Notes under the pieces: generated by a model
Databases searched by the model: none
Seen by the model: the letters and a program-made list of their open reading frames with translations, nothing else
What the model was told of the DNA's origin: nothing
DNA from: Vicinamibacteria bacterium
GTDB lineage: Bacteria; Acidobacteriota; Vicinamibacteria; Marinacidobacterales; Marinacidobacteraceae
Direction: 5' to 3'
Assembly: GCA_965199715.1 (NCBI GenBank)
Contig: OZ241322.1
Location: 160,001 to 224,000 of the forward strand
Length of the DNA stretch: 64,000 nt
Made by a program: the position numbers and the translations under genes
In this document: positions 1 through 12,500 of the stretch, one piece after another
Numbering within the stretch: position 1 is the stretch's first letter
How the letters are laid out: every line of letters starts with the position of its first letter

Positions 1-1
1 A

Positions 2-34
2 CTGGAGAGCTACCCGCACTACCTGCCGCGGTGA
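2..34 (+). CDS. cas1: 3' end of probable Cas1 (or Cas4-Cas1 fusion), partial
   Basis: Frame from position 2 reads LESYPHYLPR-TGA, 9 bp before cas2. It resembles the 'E..YP...R*' C-terminus of type I-G Cas4-Cas1. Only 10 codons are visible, so the call rests mainly on position. Confidence 0.5.
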   Translation: MESYPHYLPR

Positions 35-43
35 AGGCGGAAC

Positions 44-337
44 ATGACCGGGGAACGGACCTACATCGTCACCTACGACATCGCCGACAGCCGGAGGTGG
101 GGCAAGGTGTTCAAGACGATGCACGGGTTCGGGAAGTGGCTCCAACTGTCGGTGTTCCAGTGTCGGCTCTCCTACCGCAGGCGCGCCGAACTCGAGACGA
201 AGCTCCGGGAGATCATCAAGACCGGCGAGGATCACGTCCTCCTCATCGACGTCGGCCCGGCGGACAAGAGCGCGGTCGCCGTCACGAGCATCGGGAAGAC
301 CTTCACGGCCATCAAGCGCGAGTCGCTGGTGCTGTGA
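44..337 (+). CDS. cas2: CRISPR-associated endonuclease Cas2
   Basis: 97 aa with YIVTYDIADSRRW and G.WLQLSVFQC Cas2 motifs; lies directly upstream of the leader and array. Confidence 0.95.
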   Translation: MTGERTYIVTYDIADSRRWGKVFKTMHGFGKWLQLSVFQCRLSYRRRAELETKLREIIKTGEDHVLLIDVGPADKSAVAVTSIGKTFTAIKRESLVL

Positions 338-594
338 GACGTCCAGGCCGCCGAATCGCGCCGGACGGCCCTGGAAGCCGGGAGCAACGACCCCGCCGAC
401 CCGTTTCGAGCGGCGCGGCGGTGAGCGAATCGACGGGACCGCTCGAAGAGCCGCACTGCGCAGGTTTTCAAGGACTTGCGTCCATTTTTGGGCGCGGACG
501 CGCGGTCCGGGAAGCCGGATCCGTGGCAGAATCGGCGGGGCGCTCGAAACCGTGCGGCGTTCGCCTTCTGTCCCATGCGGGGCAGGGGGTACGG
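338..594 (+). promoter_or_regulatory. CRISPR leader
   Basis: Non-coding gap between cas2 and the first repeat. Contains CGCTCGAA at 440-447 and 541-548, its inverted copy at 405-412, and an IHF-like TTTCAAGGACTTG at 466-478. The degenerate repeat is at the opposite end of the array. Confidence 0.75.
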
Positions 595-3500
595 CCACTC
601 CGGGGCATGATTGCCCCGGCCTCATTGAAGCGTGGGGCATGATTGCCCCGGCCTCCACTCCGCCGCCAAGGCCGCACTCGCGGCGCCACCACTCCGGGGC
701 ATGATTGCCCCGGCCTCATTGAAGCGGCCTCGTCCTAAGGCGCCTTCCCGCGCCTTCTAGGCCCACTCCGGGGCATGATTGCCCCGGCCTCATTGAAGCG
801 ATATCGTCTCCCGACGGGACAATGGATGGGCAACCACTCCGGGGCATGATTGCCCCGGCCTCATTGAAGCCCGGCGCCATGCGCGATTGCGCGGAGCACG
901 TGGAAATCGAGTCGCCCACTCCGGGGCATGATTGCCCCGGCCTCATTGAAGCCCGGCTTGCGGATAGGAAGCCCGAGCGGGGGATCGCGCCCACTCCGGG
1001 GCATGATTGCCCCGGCCTCATTGAAGCAGAGCCCCTTCATTCCCGCGGCGGTTTTCGCCCCACTCCGGGGCATGATTGCCCCGGCCTCATTGAAGCGGTA
1101 CCGCATCCCTCACGCGAGCCCCTCAAGCTCGCCCCCGGCTCGCCGTGGAGGCGCCCCACTCCGGGGCATGATTGCCCCGGCCTCATTGAAGCGCGTTCTC
1201 TCCGGGGCATGATTGCCCCGGCGCGCGTCCATTCCACTCGCACTCGCCCACTCCGGGGCATGATTGCCCCGGCCTCATTGAAGCGCCTGCGCGTCGAAGG
1301 TGAAGCGCACCGCTACGGTAGACCACTCCGGGGCATGATTGCCCCGGCCTCATTGAAGCATCCGCTCCATTCGCATGATGCCGCGCACGCACTCGGCCAC
1401 TCCGGGGCATGATTGCCCCGGCCTCATTGAAGCATCTCCGCGGATACGGAAACCACGATCGGCTCTGATGACCACTCCGGGGCATGATTGCCCCGGCCTC
1501 ATTGAAGCGAGGCCACGAGGTACTGGCCGGCGCGGGAGGTCCCGGCCACTCCGGGGCATGATTGCCCCGGCCTCATTGAAGCTCGGGTTCCCGCCGGCCG
1601 CCCGGATTTCCTCCGGGAGCCCCACTCCGGGGCATGATTGCCCCGGCCTCATTGAAGCGATTCATCTTGGATTGCGCCTTCAGTACAAGGATCGCCACTC
1701 CGGGGCATGATTGCCCCGGCCTCATTGAAGCCGAGTCACGGCCCCAGCGAGCCCATCGACGGTCCTGCTCCACTCCGGGGCATGATTGCCCCGGCCTCAT
1801 TGAAGCATGTGGTCGGCCCTGACGGGGCCGGTCGGCTGGATTGTGGCCACTCCGGGGCATGATTGCCCCGGCCTCATTGAAGCGGCGAGAGTCGATCCGA
1901 CAGCACGCACGACCGCAACAACCACTCCGGGGCATGATTGCCCCGGCCTCATTGAAGCCGGGGAGTACGTCCCGGCCCTCGCGCCCGACGAGCCCTGCCA
2001 CTCCGGGGCATGATTGCCCCGGCCTCATTGAAGCCGGTAGCCCCGACGACGGCATGGTCGAGGTGAAGGCCCCACTCCGGGGCATGATTGCCCCGGCCTC
2101 ATTGAAGCGACCTCTCGGGCACCACGCTTTGGGCCTGTTCAAATTCCCACTCCGGGGCATGATTGCCCCGGCCTCATTGAAGCGGAGACCGGCTACTTTC
2201 TCGCGACCGGGGACGAGCACGACCACTCCGGGGCATGATTGCCCCGGCCTCATTGAAGCGATGGCGTCAGGCGCGTCCGGCGCGGCGCGTTGAACCAACC
2301 ACTCCGGGGCATGATTGCCCCGGCCTCATTGAAGCAATCCGGCGGGATCGCACCATTGGGCGCGAAGGACGCTCCACTCCGGGGCATGATTGCCCCGGCC
2401 TCATTGAAGCTCGGGCTAGGGGGGCCGGCTGACGGGGTCGTCGGACCGCCACTCCGGGGCATGATTGCCCCGGCCTCATTGAAGCGGTCGACGTACTCGC
2501 GGTCTCCCGCCTCCCGCGCCTACCACTCCGGGGCATGATTGCCCCGGCCTCATTGAAGCCGCTGCAGGTTCAACCAGATGGTCGTGCCGTCCGAAACCAC
2601 TCCGGGGCATGATTGCCCCGGCCTCATTGAAGCATCAGGATGCTCGTGGCGCCCCGTGGCGATCCGGGGGTACCACTCCGGGGCATGATTGCCCCGGCCT
2701 CATTGAAGCTCGCGGGCGGCAGGATTCTTCATCGCTGCTTCAGTCACCACTCCGGGGCATGATTGCCCCGGCCTCATTGAAGCCGCTTGACCGAGATCGT
2801 TTCGCCGACCGCTTTCCCGCCACTCCGGGGCATGATTGCCCCGGCCTCATTGAAGCAGGGGGGGTGGGCATTCGGGCACACCTTTAGGTGCCCCTTGCCA
2901 CTCCGGGGCATGATTGCCCCGGCCTCATTGAAGCCTCCCGACCGAATCCGTGATCCTCGCCCCGGTCCGCCCACTCCGGGGCATGATTGCCCCGGCCTCA
3001 TTGAAGCAATCAGCAGCGTACGGTCGCGGGCCTGAGCCTCATTCGCCACTCCGGGGCATGATTGCCCCGGCCTCATTGAAGCATCGGATATAGCCTCGCG
3101 CTCGTCTTCCAGTCGACCGCCCCACTCCGGGGCATGATTGCCCCGGCCTCATTGAAGCAATGAGGCGGCGCGCCTCCCGGAGCGCTTTCGCTACGGCCCA
3201 CTCCGGGGCATGATTGCCCCGGCCTCATTGAAGCTCGGCTACTGGAGCGCTGCCAGTGTAAGGAGCGGAGCTCCACTCCGGGGCATGATTGCCCCGGCCT
3301 CATTGAAGCACGGACCGAGTGAAAGGCTACGGGCACTCTACGGCAACCACTCCGGGGCATGATTGCCCCGGCCTCATTGAAGCGGGCGGCCCGCCATGAT
3401 GGTGGGCCGATCCAGCACCCACCCCACTCCGGGGCATGATTGCCCCGGCCTCATTGAAGCGACGTTTTGTTCGGCGTGAAGCTCATTAGGCCTGAGCCCA

Positions 3501-6500
3501 CTCCGGGGCATGATTGCCCCGGCCTCATTGAAGCATCGCTATTGGGAGCCATTCATGGGCGGCGGAAGCGCCACTCCGGGGCATGATTGCCCCGGCCTCA
3601 TTGAAGCCACAGCGATGCGACTGTCTTCGTTTCTCGGACGAATGCCCACTCCGGGGCATGATTGCCCCGGCCTCATTGAAGCCTCGAGCGCTCCCGATGT
3701 GCGGTCTTCGGACGCGGGCGACCACTCCGGGGCATGATTGCCCCGGCCTCATTGAAGCTCGTCGGCCACCCGCCTCCACGTGCTGGCGGCGGGCGCGACC
3801 ACTCCGGGGCATGATTGCCCCGGCCTCATTGAAGCCCTGTTCTGGCGCGCGTAAGGATGCGCACGCCTGAGTCCACTCCGGGGCATGATTGCCCCGGCCT
3901 CATTGAAGCCGAAGGAAGACTAGTCGCTAACAAACCACGCTAGCGATCCACTCCGGGGCATGATTGCCCCGGCCTCATTGAAGCCGCGCATGGAACGACG
4001 CGCGACAGGCTCTTCCAAGACCCACTCCGGGGCATGATTGCCCCGGCCTCATTGAAGCAAGTCGCGAGCCGTGGCATAAAACGACGGCATGTCAGCCACT
4101 CCGGGGCATGATTGCCCCGGCCTCATTGAAGCCACTCGTGCGCGAGCACCTCGCGCCGCGCGGAGTCGCGCCACTCCGGGGCATGATTGCCCCGGCCTCA
4201 TTGAAGCTGGGCGCATCTCACGCGGATTCCGCTCGCGTACGCGTACCCACTCCGGGGCATGATTGCCCCGGCCTCATTGAAGCAGTTGGGCCGTCCATGG
4301 GCTACTGGAACCGTGGACGTCCACTCCGGGGCATGATTGCCCCGGCCTCATTGAAGCAATAGAGCACTAGACGGGGGCGCGTATGAGGCGCGCCCCCACT
4401 CCGGGGCATGATTGCCCCGGCCTCATTGAAGCGAGTTGATCGCCGCCGAGAGGTCCGATGCGAAAGGACCACTCCGGGGCATGATTGCCCCGGCCTCATT
4501 GAAGCGCGGCGCCGTAGTTTTTGGTTCCGGCGCATGGGGCGGGCCACTCCGGGGCATGATTGCCCCGGCCTCATTGAAGCCTGATGAATTGGACGGCGCT
4601 AGCGCCCTCTCCCAGCCTCCCACTCCGGGGCATGATTGCCCCGGCCTCATTGAAGCGGGGAACCCGCCCGGCACCCCCAAGGAGCAAACCATGACCACTC
4701 CGGGGCATGATTGCCCCGGCCTCATTGAAGCCACCGGCGCGATTGGGCCGGGCGGCCGGAGGTGCCCCCCCACTCCGGGGCATGATTGCCCCGGCCTCAT
4801 TGAAGCACCCTATGATTAAGAAACTCCGGCTGCTGCTCGTTCCCCACTCCGGGGCATGATTGCCCCGGCCTCATTGAAGCCGGAGGGGCAACCGGCTATC
4901 GCGCGTCGGCCGGAGCCCACTCCGGGGCATGATTGCCCCGGCCTCATTGAAGCGCCGTCAGAGAGCCTGAACGCTAGCCCTTCACCCGGCCCACTCCGGG
5001 GCATGATTGCCCCGGCCTCATTGAAGCACTATCGCCGGCGGAGCTCGAATCGCGGCGAGTTCTTCCCACTCCGGGGCATGATTGCCCCGGCCTCATTGAA
5101 GCCGGAAGCGCCCGGACACTGCAGTCGACACACGGTGCGCCACTCCGGGGCATGATTGCCCCGGCCTCATTGAAGCGAATTCCACGTATGAATCCATCAT
5201 CGTGGTAGCCACCCACTCCGGGGCATGATTGCCCCGGCCTCATTGAAGCCTCTCCCGCCCGCGGCGGCGGGAGGAGGTACCCCTACCCACTCCGGGGCAT
5301 GATTGCCCCGGCCTCATTGAAGCAGCCCTCCGGTAGGCGCGCCTGCCGGCCGGGCAGGCTCCCCACTCCGGGGCATGATTGCCCCGGCCTCATTGAAGCA
5401 AGCGGCCGGGAGCACGCTCGCCTCGATCAGCGGCAAGGCCACTCCGGGGCATGATTGCCCCGGCCTCATTGAAGCAGGAAAGCCGCCGCGGAGCTCGTCG
5501 GACCGGACGTCGAGCCACTCCGGGGCATGATTGCCCCGGCCTCATTGAAGCACTGGTGCTCACGCGCGCCACGCGCGCGTCGCACGCTACCACTCCGGGG
5601 CATGATTGCCCCGGCCTCATTGAAGCCGCCGTCTCCGGGGTGCCGCGCTCCTCGATCTACCAACCCCACTCCGGGGCATGATTGCCCCGGCCTCATTGAA
5701 GCTTCGCCTCGGCGGCGGCTCCTCTCGCTGCGGCGAGCCACTCCGGGGCATGATTGCCCCGGCCTCATTGAAGCGACCGCTGCCGCGTAGTCGACCTCCC
5801 GTCCGTGCTTCGGCCACTCCGGGGCATGATTGCCCCGGCCTCATTGAAGCCCGGCCTGGAGCCCTACGGCGGCCACAGCGGCGCTAGCCCACTCCGGGGC
5901 ATGATTGCCCCGGCCTCATTGAAGCCCGCCGCGGCGGCGGCTTCACGTCAGCCGCCGTCAGCCACTCCGGGGCATGATTGCCCCGGCCTCATTGAAGCAA
6001 CGTCTCGCCAGATGATGTCTTCGGTGCCGGAGTTGACCACTCCGGGGCATGATTGCCCCGGCCTCATTGAAGCATGCGGCATTTCATGGCGCCTGTAAGA
6101 CCTAAGGACTCCACTCCGGGGCATGATTGCCCCGGCCTCATTGAAGCCTTGGATCTTCATCATCAAAACCACCCGCGCGAAGTAACCCACTCCGGGGCAT
6201 GATTGCCCCGGCCTCATTGAAGCCTGAGTTTGCCTACGTCACGCGCGATCCCGTCGATCCACTCCGGGGCATGATTGCCCCGGCCTCATTGAAGCCGCCT
6301 CCGCGGTAGAGGCCGAGCACCCGATCAAGGCCGGCCACTCCGGGGCATGATTGCCCCGGCCTCATTGAAGCTAGGACGGCGAGCTGCTTCTCCTTGATCC
6401 GGATTTGCGCCACTCCGGGGCATGATTGCCCCGGCCTCATTGAAGCGAGGCGCGCCTCCAGTTCCCGCTCCTCTTCATCGGACCACTCCGGGGCATGATT

Positions 6501-9500
6501 GCCCCGGCCTCATTGAAGCTTCCTCGGGGTCGATGGGCTCGATGGGCTCGGGCTCCGGCCACTCCGGGGCATGATTGCCCCGGCCTCATTGAAGCGGAGA
6601 AGCCGGCACCGCCGGCGAAGAAGCCGCCCGCCCCACTCCGGGGCATGATTGCCCCGGCCTCATTGAAGCAGCTGCCCGCACTCCGGGCAGCGGCGGGAGC
6701 GCTCCCGCCACTCCGGGGCATGATTGCCCCGGCCTCATTGAAGCCATCGAGCGCGATCTTTGCCTGGATCGCGTCATTCAGCCACTCCGGGGCATGATTG
6801 CCCCGGCCTCATTGAAGCGGAGCGCCAGAGGGCGCGATGGACAGTGGCCTCCCGCCACTCCGGGGCATGATTGCCCCGGCCTCATTGAAGCACGCGGGCT
6901 CGCCGTAGCCGCGCTGTGCGAGGATCCCCACTCCGGGGCATGATTGCCCCGGCCTCATTGAAGCCCGCATTGGAGGCGCGCCGAGCGTCCTTCAAGGACG
7001 CCCACTCCGGGGCATGATTGCCCCGGCCTCATTGAAGCCGCCGTGGCATGTTGAAGTTCCACCGGAATGGCTTCATCCACTCCGGGGCATGATTGCCCCG
7101 GCCTCATTGAAGCCGGAGCTTCCCGACGTCGCGGGCGATGGAGTCAATGCCACTCCGGGGCATGATTGCCCCGGCCTCATTGAAGCAGAGGAAATTCCGA
7201 ACACTGGTTCATTGCGCTCGGCAGCCCACTCCGGGGCATGATTGCCCCGGCCTCATTGAAGCTCGTGCCGAAACCTCGGCTCCGTATCCAGGTCAAGACC
7301 ACTCCGGGGCATGATTGCCCCGGCCTCATTGAAGCGCGGCGATCGCTCCGTACGGAAATCTCGCCGGCGCGCCACTCCGGGGCATGATTGCCCCGGCCTC
7401 ATTGAAGCCGGAATGGCTTCCAACCTTCCCAATAGTCAACATACCCCACTCCGGGGCATGATTGCCCCGGCCTCATTGAAGCAGACCTTCCCGCCGGGGT
7501 GGGAGTGGCCGGAGGCCCACCACTCCGGGGCATGATTGCCCCGGCCTCATTGAAGCCGGGGCACCGCGGAGCATTGGTTCATCGCGGTCGGCCACTCCGG
7601 GGCATGATTGCCCCGGCCTCATTGAAGCCTAGGCGGCGTTTGGAACCGGATGGTAGATGCCCTCGACCACTCCGGGGCATGATTGCCCCGGCCTCATTGA
7701 AGCCCGTGGGATCGCGATGAGGATGGCTACTCGGCTCGGGGCCCACTCCGGGGCATGATTGCCCCGGCCTCATTGAAGCCCCGATCGTCTTTCGCGCCGC
7801 GAGAGGCGGCGAAATCCCCCACTCCGGGGCATGATTGCCCCGGCCTCATTGAAGCCGGGCTGGCGACGCCGGGAATCGTACCGGCGAGGTCACCCACTCC
7901 GGGGCATGATTGCCCCGGCCTCATTGAAGCTCGTGGCGGCGGCAACCGCGGCAGCGGTCGGCACCGTCGCCACTCCGGGGCATGATTGCCCCGGCCTCAT
8001 TGAAGCACGCGCACGTCATGGCTGCCGTGGAAGGACCGAACGACCACTCCGGGGCATGATTGCCCCGGCCTCATTGAAGCCGAGTCAAACGTCGTGGCGG
8101 CGACCACCTGCCCGTGCCACTCCGGGGCATGATTGCCCCGGCCTCATTGAAGCCAAGGAGAGCTGGGACCTCGACGCCGAGCCGCTTGACCACTCCGGGG
8201 CATGATTGCCCCGGCCTCATTGAAGCCGGGGTACCCCCAGCCTCCTCGGGGCTAGGTACCCCCACCACTCCGGGGCATGATTGCCCCGGCCTCATTGAAG
8301 CGACTTCCTGCGTGATCTCAGTCAGAGCCGATCTCATGCCCACTCCGGGGCATGATTGCCCCGGCCTCATTGAAGCCGGGCTCCGGCACGGAGCTCGTCC
8401 CGGCGCCACTTCGGCCACTCCGGGGCATGATTGCCCCGGCCTCATTGAAGCGCGTCCTTGGGGACCCTCTGCCAGAACCGGAATACCACCCACTCCGGGG
8501 CATGATTGCCCCGGCCTCATTGAAGCCTCCATCAGCCGGGCGACTGCCGACGCCCGGGTCTTTTCCACTCCGGGGCATGATTGCCCCGGCCTCATTGAAG
8601 CCGAGCAGCCGCTGGCGTGGCCACGCTCCGGGGTTCAGACCACTCCGGGGCATGATTGCCCCGGCCTCATTGAAGCGTGGGCGCGGGCCTCGATCAGCCG
8701 CGCCATGGCGTCTCCACTCCGGGGCATGATTGCCCCGGCCTCATTGAAGCAGGGTGCCACCGGCGAGGCGGCGCGCCGGTGGGCGGCCCACTCCGGGGCA
8801 TGATTGCCCCGGCCTCATTGAAGCCTCGGGATATCCGAGTGACAGCTGACCGCTCTCTCAACCACTCCGGGGCATGATTGCCCCGGCCTCATTGAAGCCG
8901 GCGGCGCGAGCCCTTCCAGCTCGCCCGCCGGCAACCACTCCGGGGCATGATTGCCCCGGCCTCATTGAAGCTGCGACTCGTCGCACCGCAGCGGTACCAA
9001 TATGTGCCGACCACTCCGGGGCATGATTGCCCCGGCCTCATTGAAGCCGTGGTACCGGAAGCTGTTCCCTGCGATCTTCAGCTTCCGACCACTCCGGGGC
9101 ATGATTGCCCCGGCCTCATTGAAGCCGCTTGAGGCCGCGCGCGAGCGTTTGGCGCGCACGGAACCACTCCGGGGCATGATTGCCCCGGCCTCATTGAAGC
9201 AGCCACCGAGCCCCGCTGAATCGTCACCGTCCAGACCCCACTCCGGGGCATGATTGCCCCGGCCTCATTGAAGCCTGGTAGGACGCGGTTGTCGCCGTCA
9301 ACCCATCTGTACACTCCGGGGCATGATTGCCCCGGCCTCATTGAAGCTAGCCTTCCGGCGAGTACGGGATTTGGTCGATCAAGACCCACTCCGGGGCATG
9401 ATTGCCCCGGCCTCATTGAAGCGCTTCTGGCGGCGTCCATGAATACAGCGTGAGCGGCCCACTCCGGGGCATGATTGCCCCGGCCTCATTGAAGCCTCCT

Positions 9501-12500
9501 TCGCGCGCCGGCGGGAGCGCTCGGCGCGCTCCCGCCACTCCGGGGCATGATTGCCCCGGCCTCATTGAAGCCACGTCACGAGCAGGTCCTCCACGTCCGT
9601 CATGCCCCCACTCCGGGGCATGATTGCCCCGGCCTCATTGAAGCGCCGCGTACACCGCAATGATCGAGCAGCCCGGCGCGCCACTCCGGGGCATGATTGC
9701 CCCGGCCTCATTGAAGCTCGACCGCCGCCGACGTTGCCGCGCCCTCCGGTTCCGCCCCACTCCGGGGCATGATTGCCCCGGCCTCATTGAAGCCCACGGC
9801 CCGGCGGTTGTGGTCTATCCCCAGCACTACCCCACTCCGGGGCATGATTGCCCCGGCCTCATTGAAGCCGCTATCCGCTCGGCTGCCAGTCTATGCCGAT
9901 GCGTCCCACTCCGGGGCATGATTGCCCCGGCCTCATTGAAGCAGATTGCTGGTGAATTCGTGGGAAGCGGTCATAAGCGCCCCACTCCGGGGCATGATTG
10001 CCCCGGCCTCATTGAAGCACGCTCGGCTGACGCAGTCGGCTGACGCCCCGCTGGACCACTCCGGGGCATGATTGCCCCGGCCTCATTGAAGCAACGCCGA
10101 AAGCTGGGCGGTTAGCGGTATCGCCGCCTCATACCACTCCGGGGCATGATTGCCCCGGCCTCATTGAAGCAGGACGGCGCGCCCGCCGAGAAGCGCTCGC
10201 TCCGGGACCACTCCGGGGCATGATTGCCCCGGCCTCATTGAAGCTGGCCCGTCGGCATGTGGCCGCCCGGCCACTGGCCCTGCCCACTCCGGGGCATGAT
10301 TGCCCCGGCCTCATTGAAGCCGGAGGAGTGGTCTCGGGGGCGGGAGAGTCATTGCTCACCACTCCGGGGCATGATTGCCCCGGCCTCATTGAAGCTCCGC
10401 CGCCCGGAGCGAATACATGGCGGTCCCGGATTCCACTCCGGGGCATGATTGCCCCGGCCTCATTGAAGCGCCAGCCGGGACTCAGTCCGGTCCCGGAAGC
10501 GCAGCCCACTCCGGGGCATGATTGCCCCGGCCTCATTGAAGCTTCGTCGCGGCCACGGCCGCCCTGTGGTACCTCGCAGGCCCACTCCGGGGCATGATTG
10601 CCCCGGCCTCATTGAAGCAAGGCGAGCCCGTGGACGCCGATGCAGTGGGAAGCGTACCACTCCGGGGCATGATTGCCCCGGCCTCATTGAAGCCCGGCAA
10701 GGATGAAATACCACGCCTCGGCCATCATGCCACTCCGGGGCATGATTGCCCCGGCCTCATTGAAGCATGGTTTCACCATCGGGATGCGAAACCACTCCAT
10801 CGCTAACCACTCCGGGGCATGATTGCCCCGGCCTCATTGAAGCTGTCTACTGCGAAATGGCCATTTCGGGGGCTGATCGTCCACTCCGGGGCATGATTGC
10901 CCCGGCCTCATTGAAGCCCGCGGCGAAACCGGGAGGAAGGTCGAGGCCGTGCTTCCCCACTCCGGGGCATGATTGCCCCGGCCTCATTGAAGCTCGGGCG
11001 GCGGCCGCCGCCACCGGGCGAGGGCATTCGCCACTCCGGGGCATGATTGCCCCGGCCTCATTGAAGCAAGCCGGCCATCGACGTCGGGATCGCGTCGATC
11101 AGGGCCCACTCCGGGGCATGATTGCCCCGGCCTCATTGAAGCGACTCAGCCGCGAGGGGCGGCAGCCTCGGGCCGTCGACACTCCGGGGCATGATTGCCC
11201 CGGCCTCATTGAAGCCCGGCCGCTTCGAGCGCGCGTCGTTTCGCTTCCGGCATCGCCCACTCCGGGGCATGATTGCCCCGGCCTCATTGAAGCGCCTCCG
11301 GGGTGGCCGGCTGGTTCTCCGGGCTGCTGGCCACTCCGGGGCATGATTGCCCCGGCCTCATTGAAGCTCGGCGGCTCGCAACGAGTACGAGGCCTCGCCT
11401 CGCTGACCACTCCGGGGCATGATTGCCCCGGCCTCATTGAAGCGGCGACGCGAACGTGACGCTCGCCGCCTCGGGCGATACCCACTCCGGGGCATGATTG
11501 CCCCGGCCTCATTGAAGCTCACCGCCGGTAGCGACGAGGTGCCCTACCGAGTGACCACTCCGGGGCATGATTGCCCCGGCCTCATTGAAGCAGCCAGAGG
11601 CCGCCCAGTAGTCGGCCTCAAGGGCTAGCCACTCCGGGGCATGATTGCCCCGGCCTCATTGAAGCTCGGCGTTCGGCGCCGCCCCGGTATATGGGGCGCT
11701 GCCCACTCCGGGGCATGATTGCCCCGGCCTCATTGAAGCCGTCGTCCCGGCAGCGTTCAGGCCGAGCAGCGCCGCCCACTCCGGGGCATGATTGCCCCGG
11801 CCTCATTGAAGCCGCTTCTGGCGCGCGCGGCGCGAGGGGCAGGACGTGGAGCCACTCCGGGGCATGATTGCCCCGGCCTCATTGAAGCGCGGATACATTC
11901 ATCCGCGCCAATCTCCATGGCGTGGCACCCACTCCGGGGCATGATTGCCCCGGCCTCATTGAAGCGCTCGCTACATGAAAGGACGCATCGTCTCGCGAAG
12001 GTCCCACTCCGGGGCATGATTGCCCCGGCCTCATTGAAGCACCACGCCTCCCACGGCGAGTGCGATTGCGAGTGCTACCCACTCCGGGGCATGATTGCCC
12101 CGGCCTCATTGAAGCACGACGTGTGGGAGCTCCGCGTGCTCTTTTTCCCGGCCACTCCGGGGCATGATTGCCCCGGCCTCATTGAAGCGCGCGGGCGAGC
12201 CGCCGCCGCTACGCGTACTCGATCGCGCCACTCCGGGGCATGATTGCCCCGGCCTCATTGAAGCCCAGACCGCCCCCGAGTCGGCCTCTCATCCCAGACC
12301 GCCACTCCGGGGCATGATTGCCCCGGCCTCATTGAAGCCGGGGTACCCCCAGCCCCCTCGGGGCTAGGTACCCCCACCACTCCGGGGCATGATTGCCCCG
12401 GCCTCATTGAAGCCGGAGCTGGAAGAGGCTCGCTCCGGTCGGGGCGCTGGTCCACTCCGGGGCATGATTGCCCCGGCCTCATTGAAGCAGGCTCGCGTGC

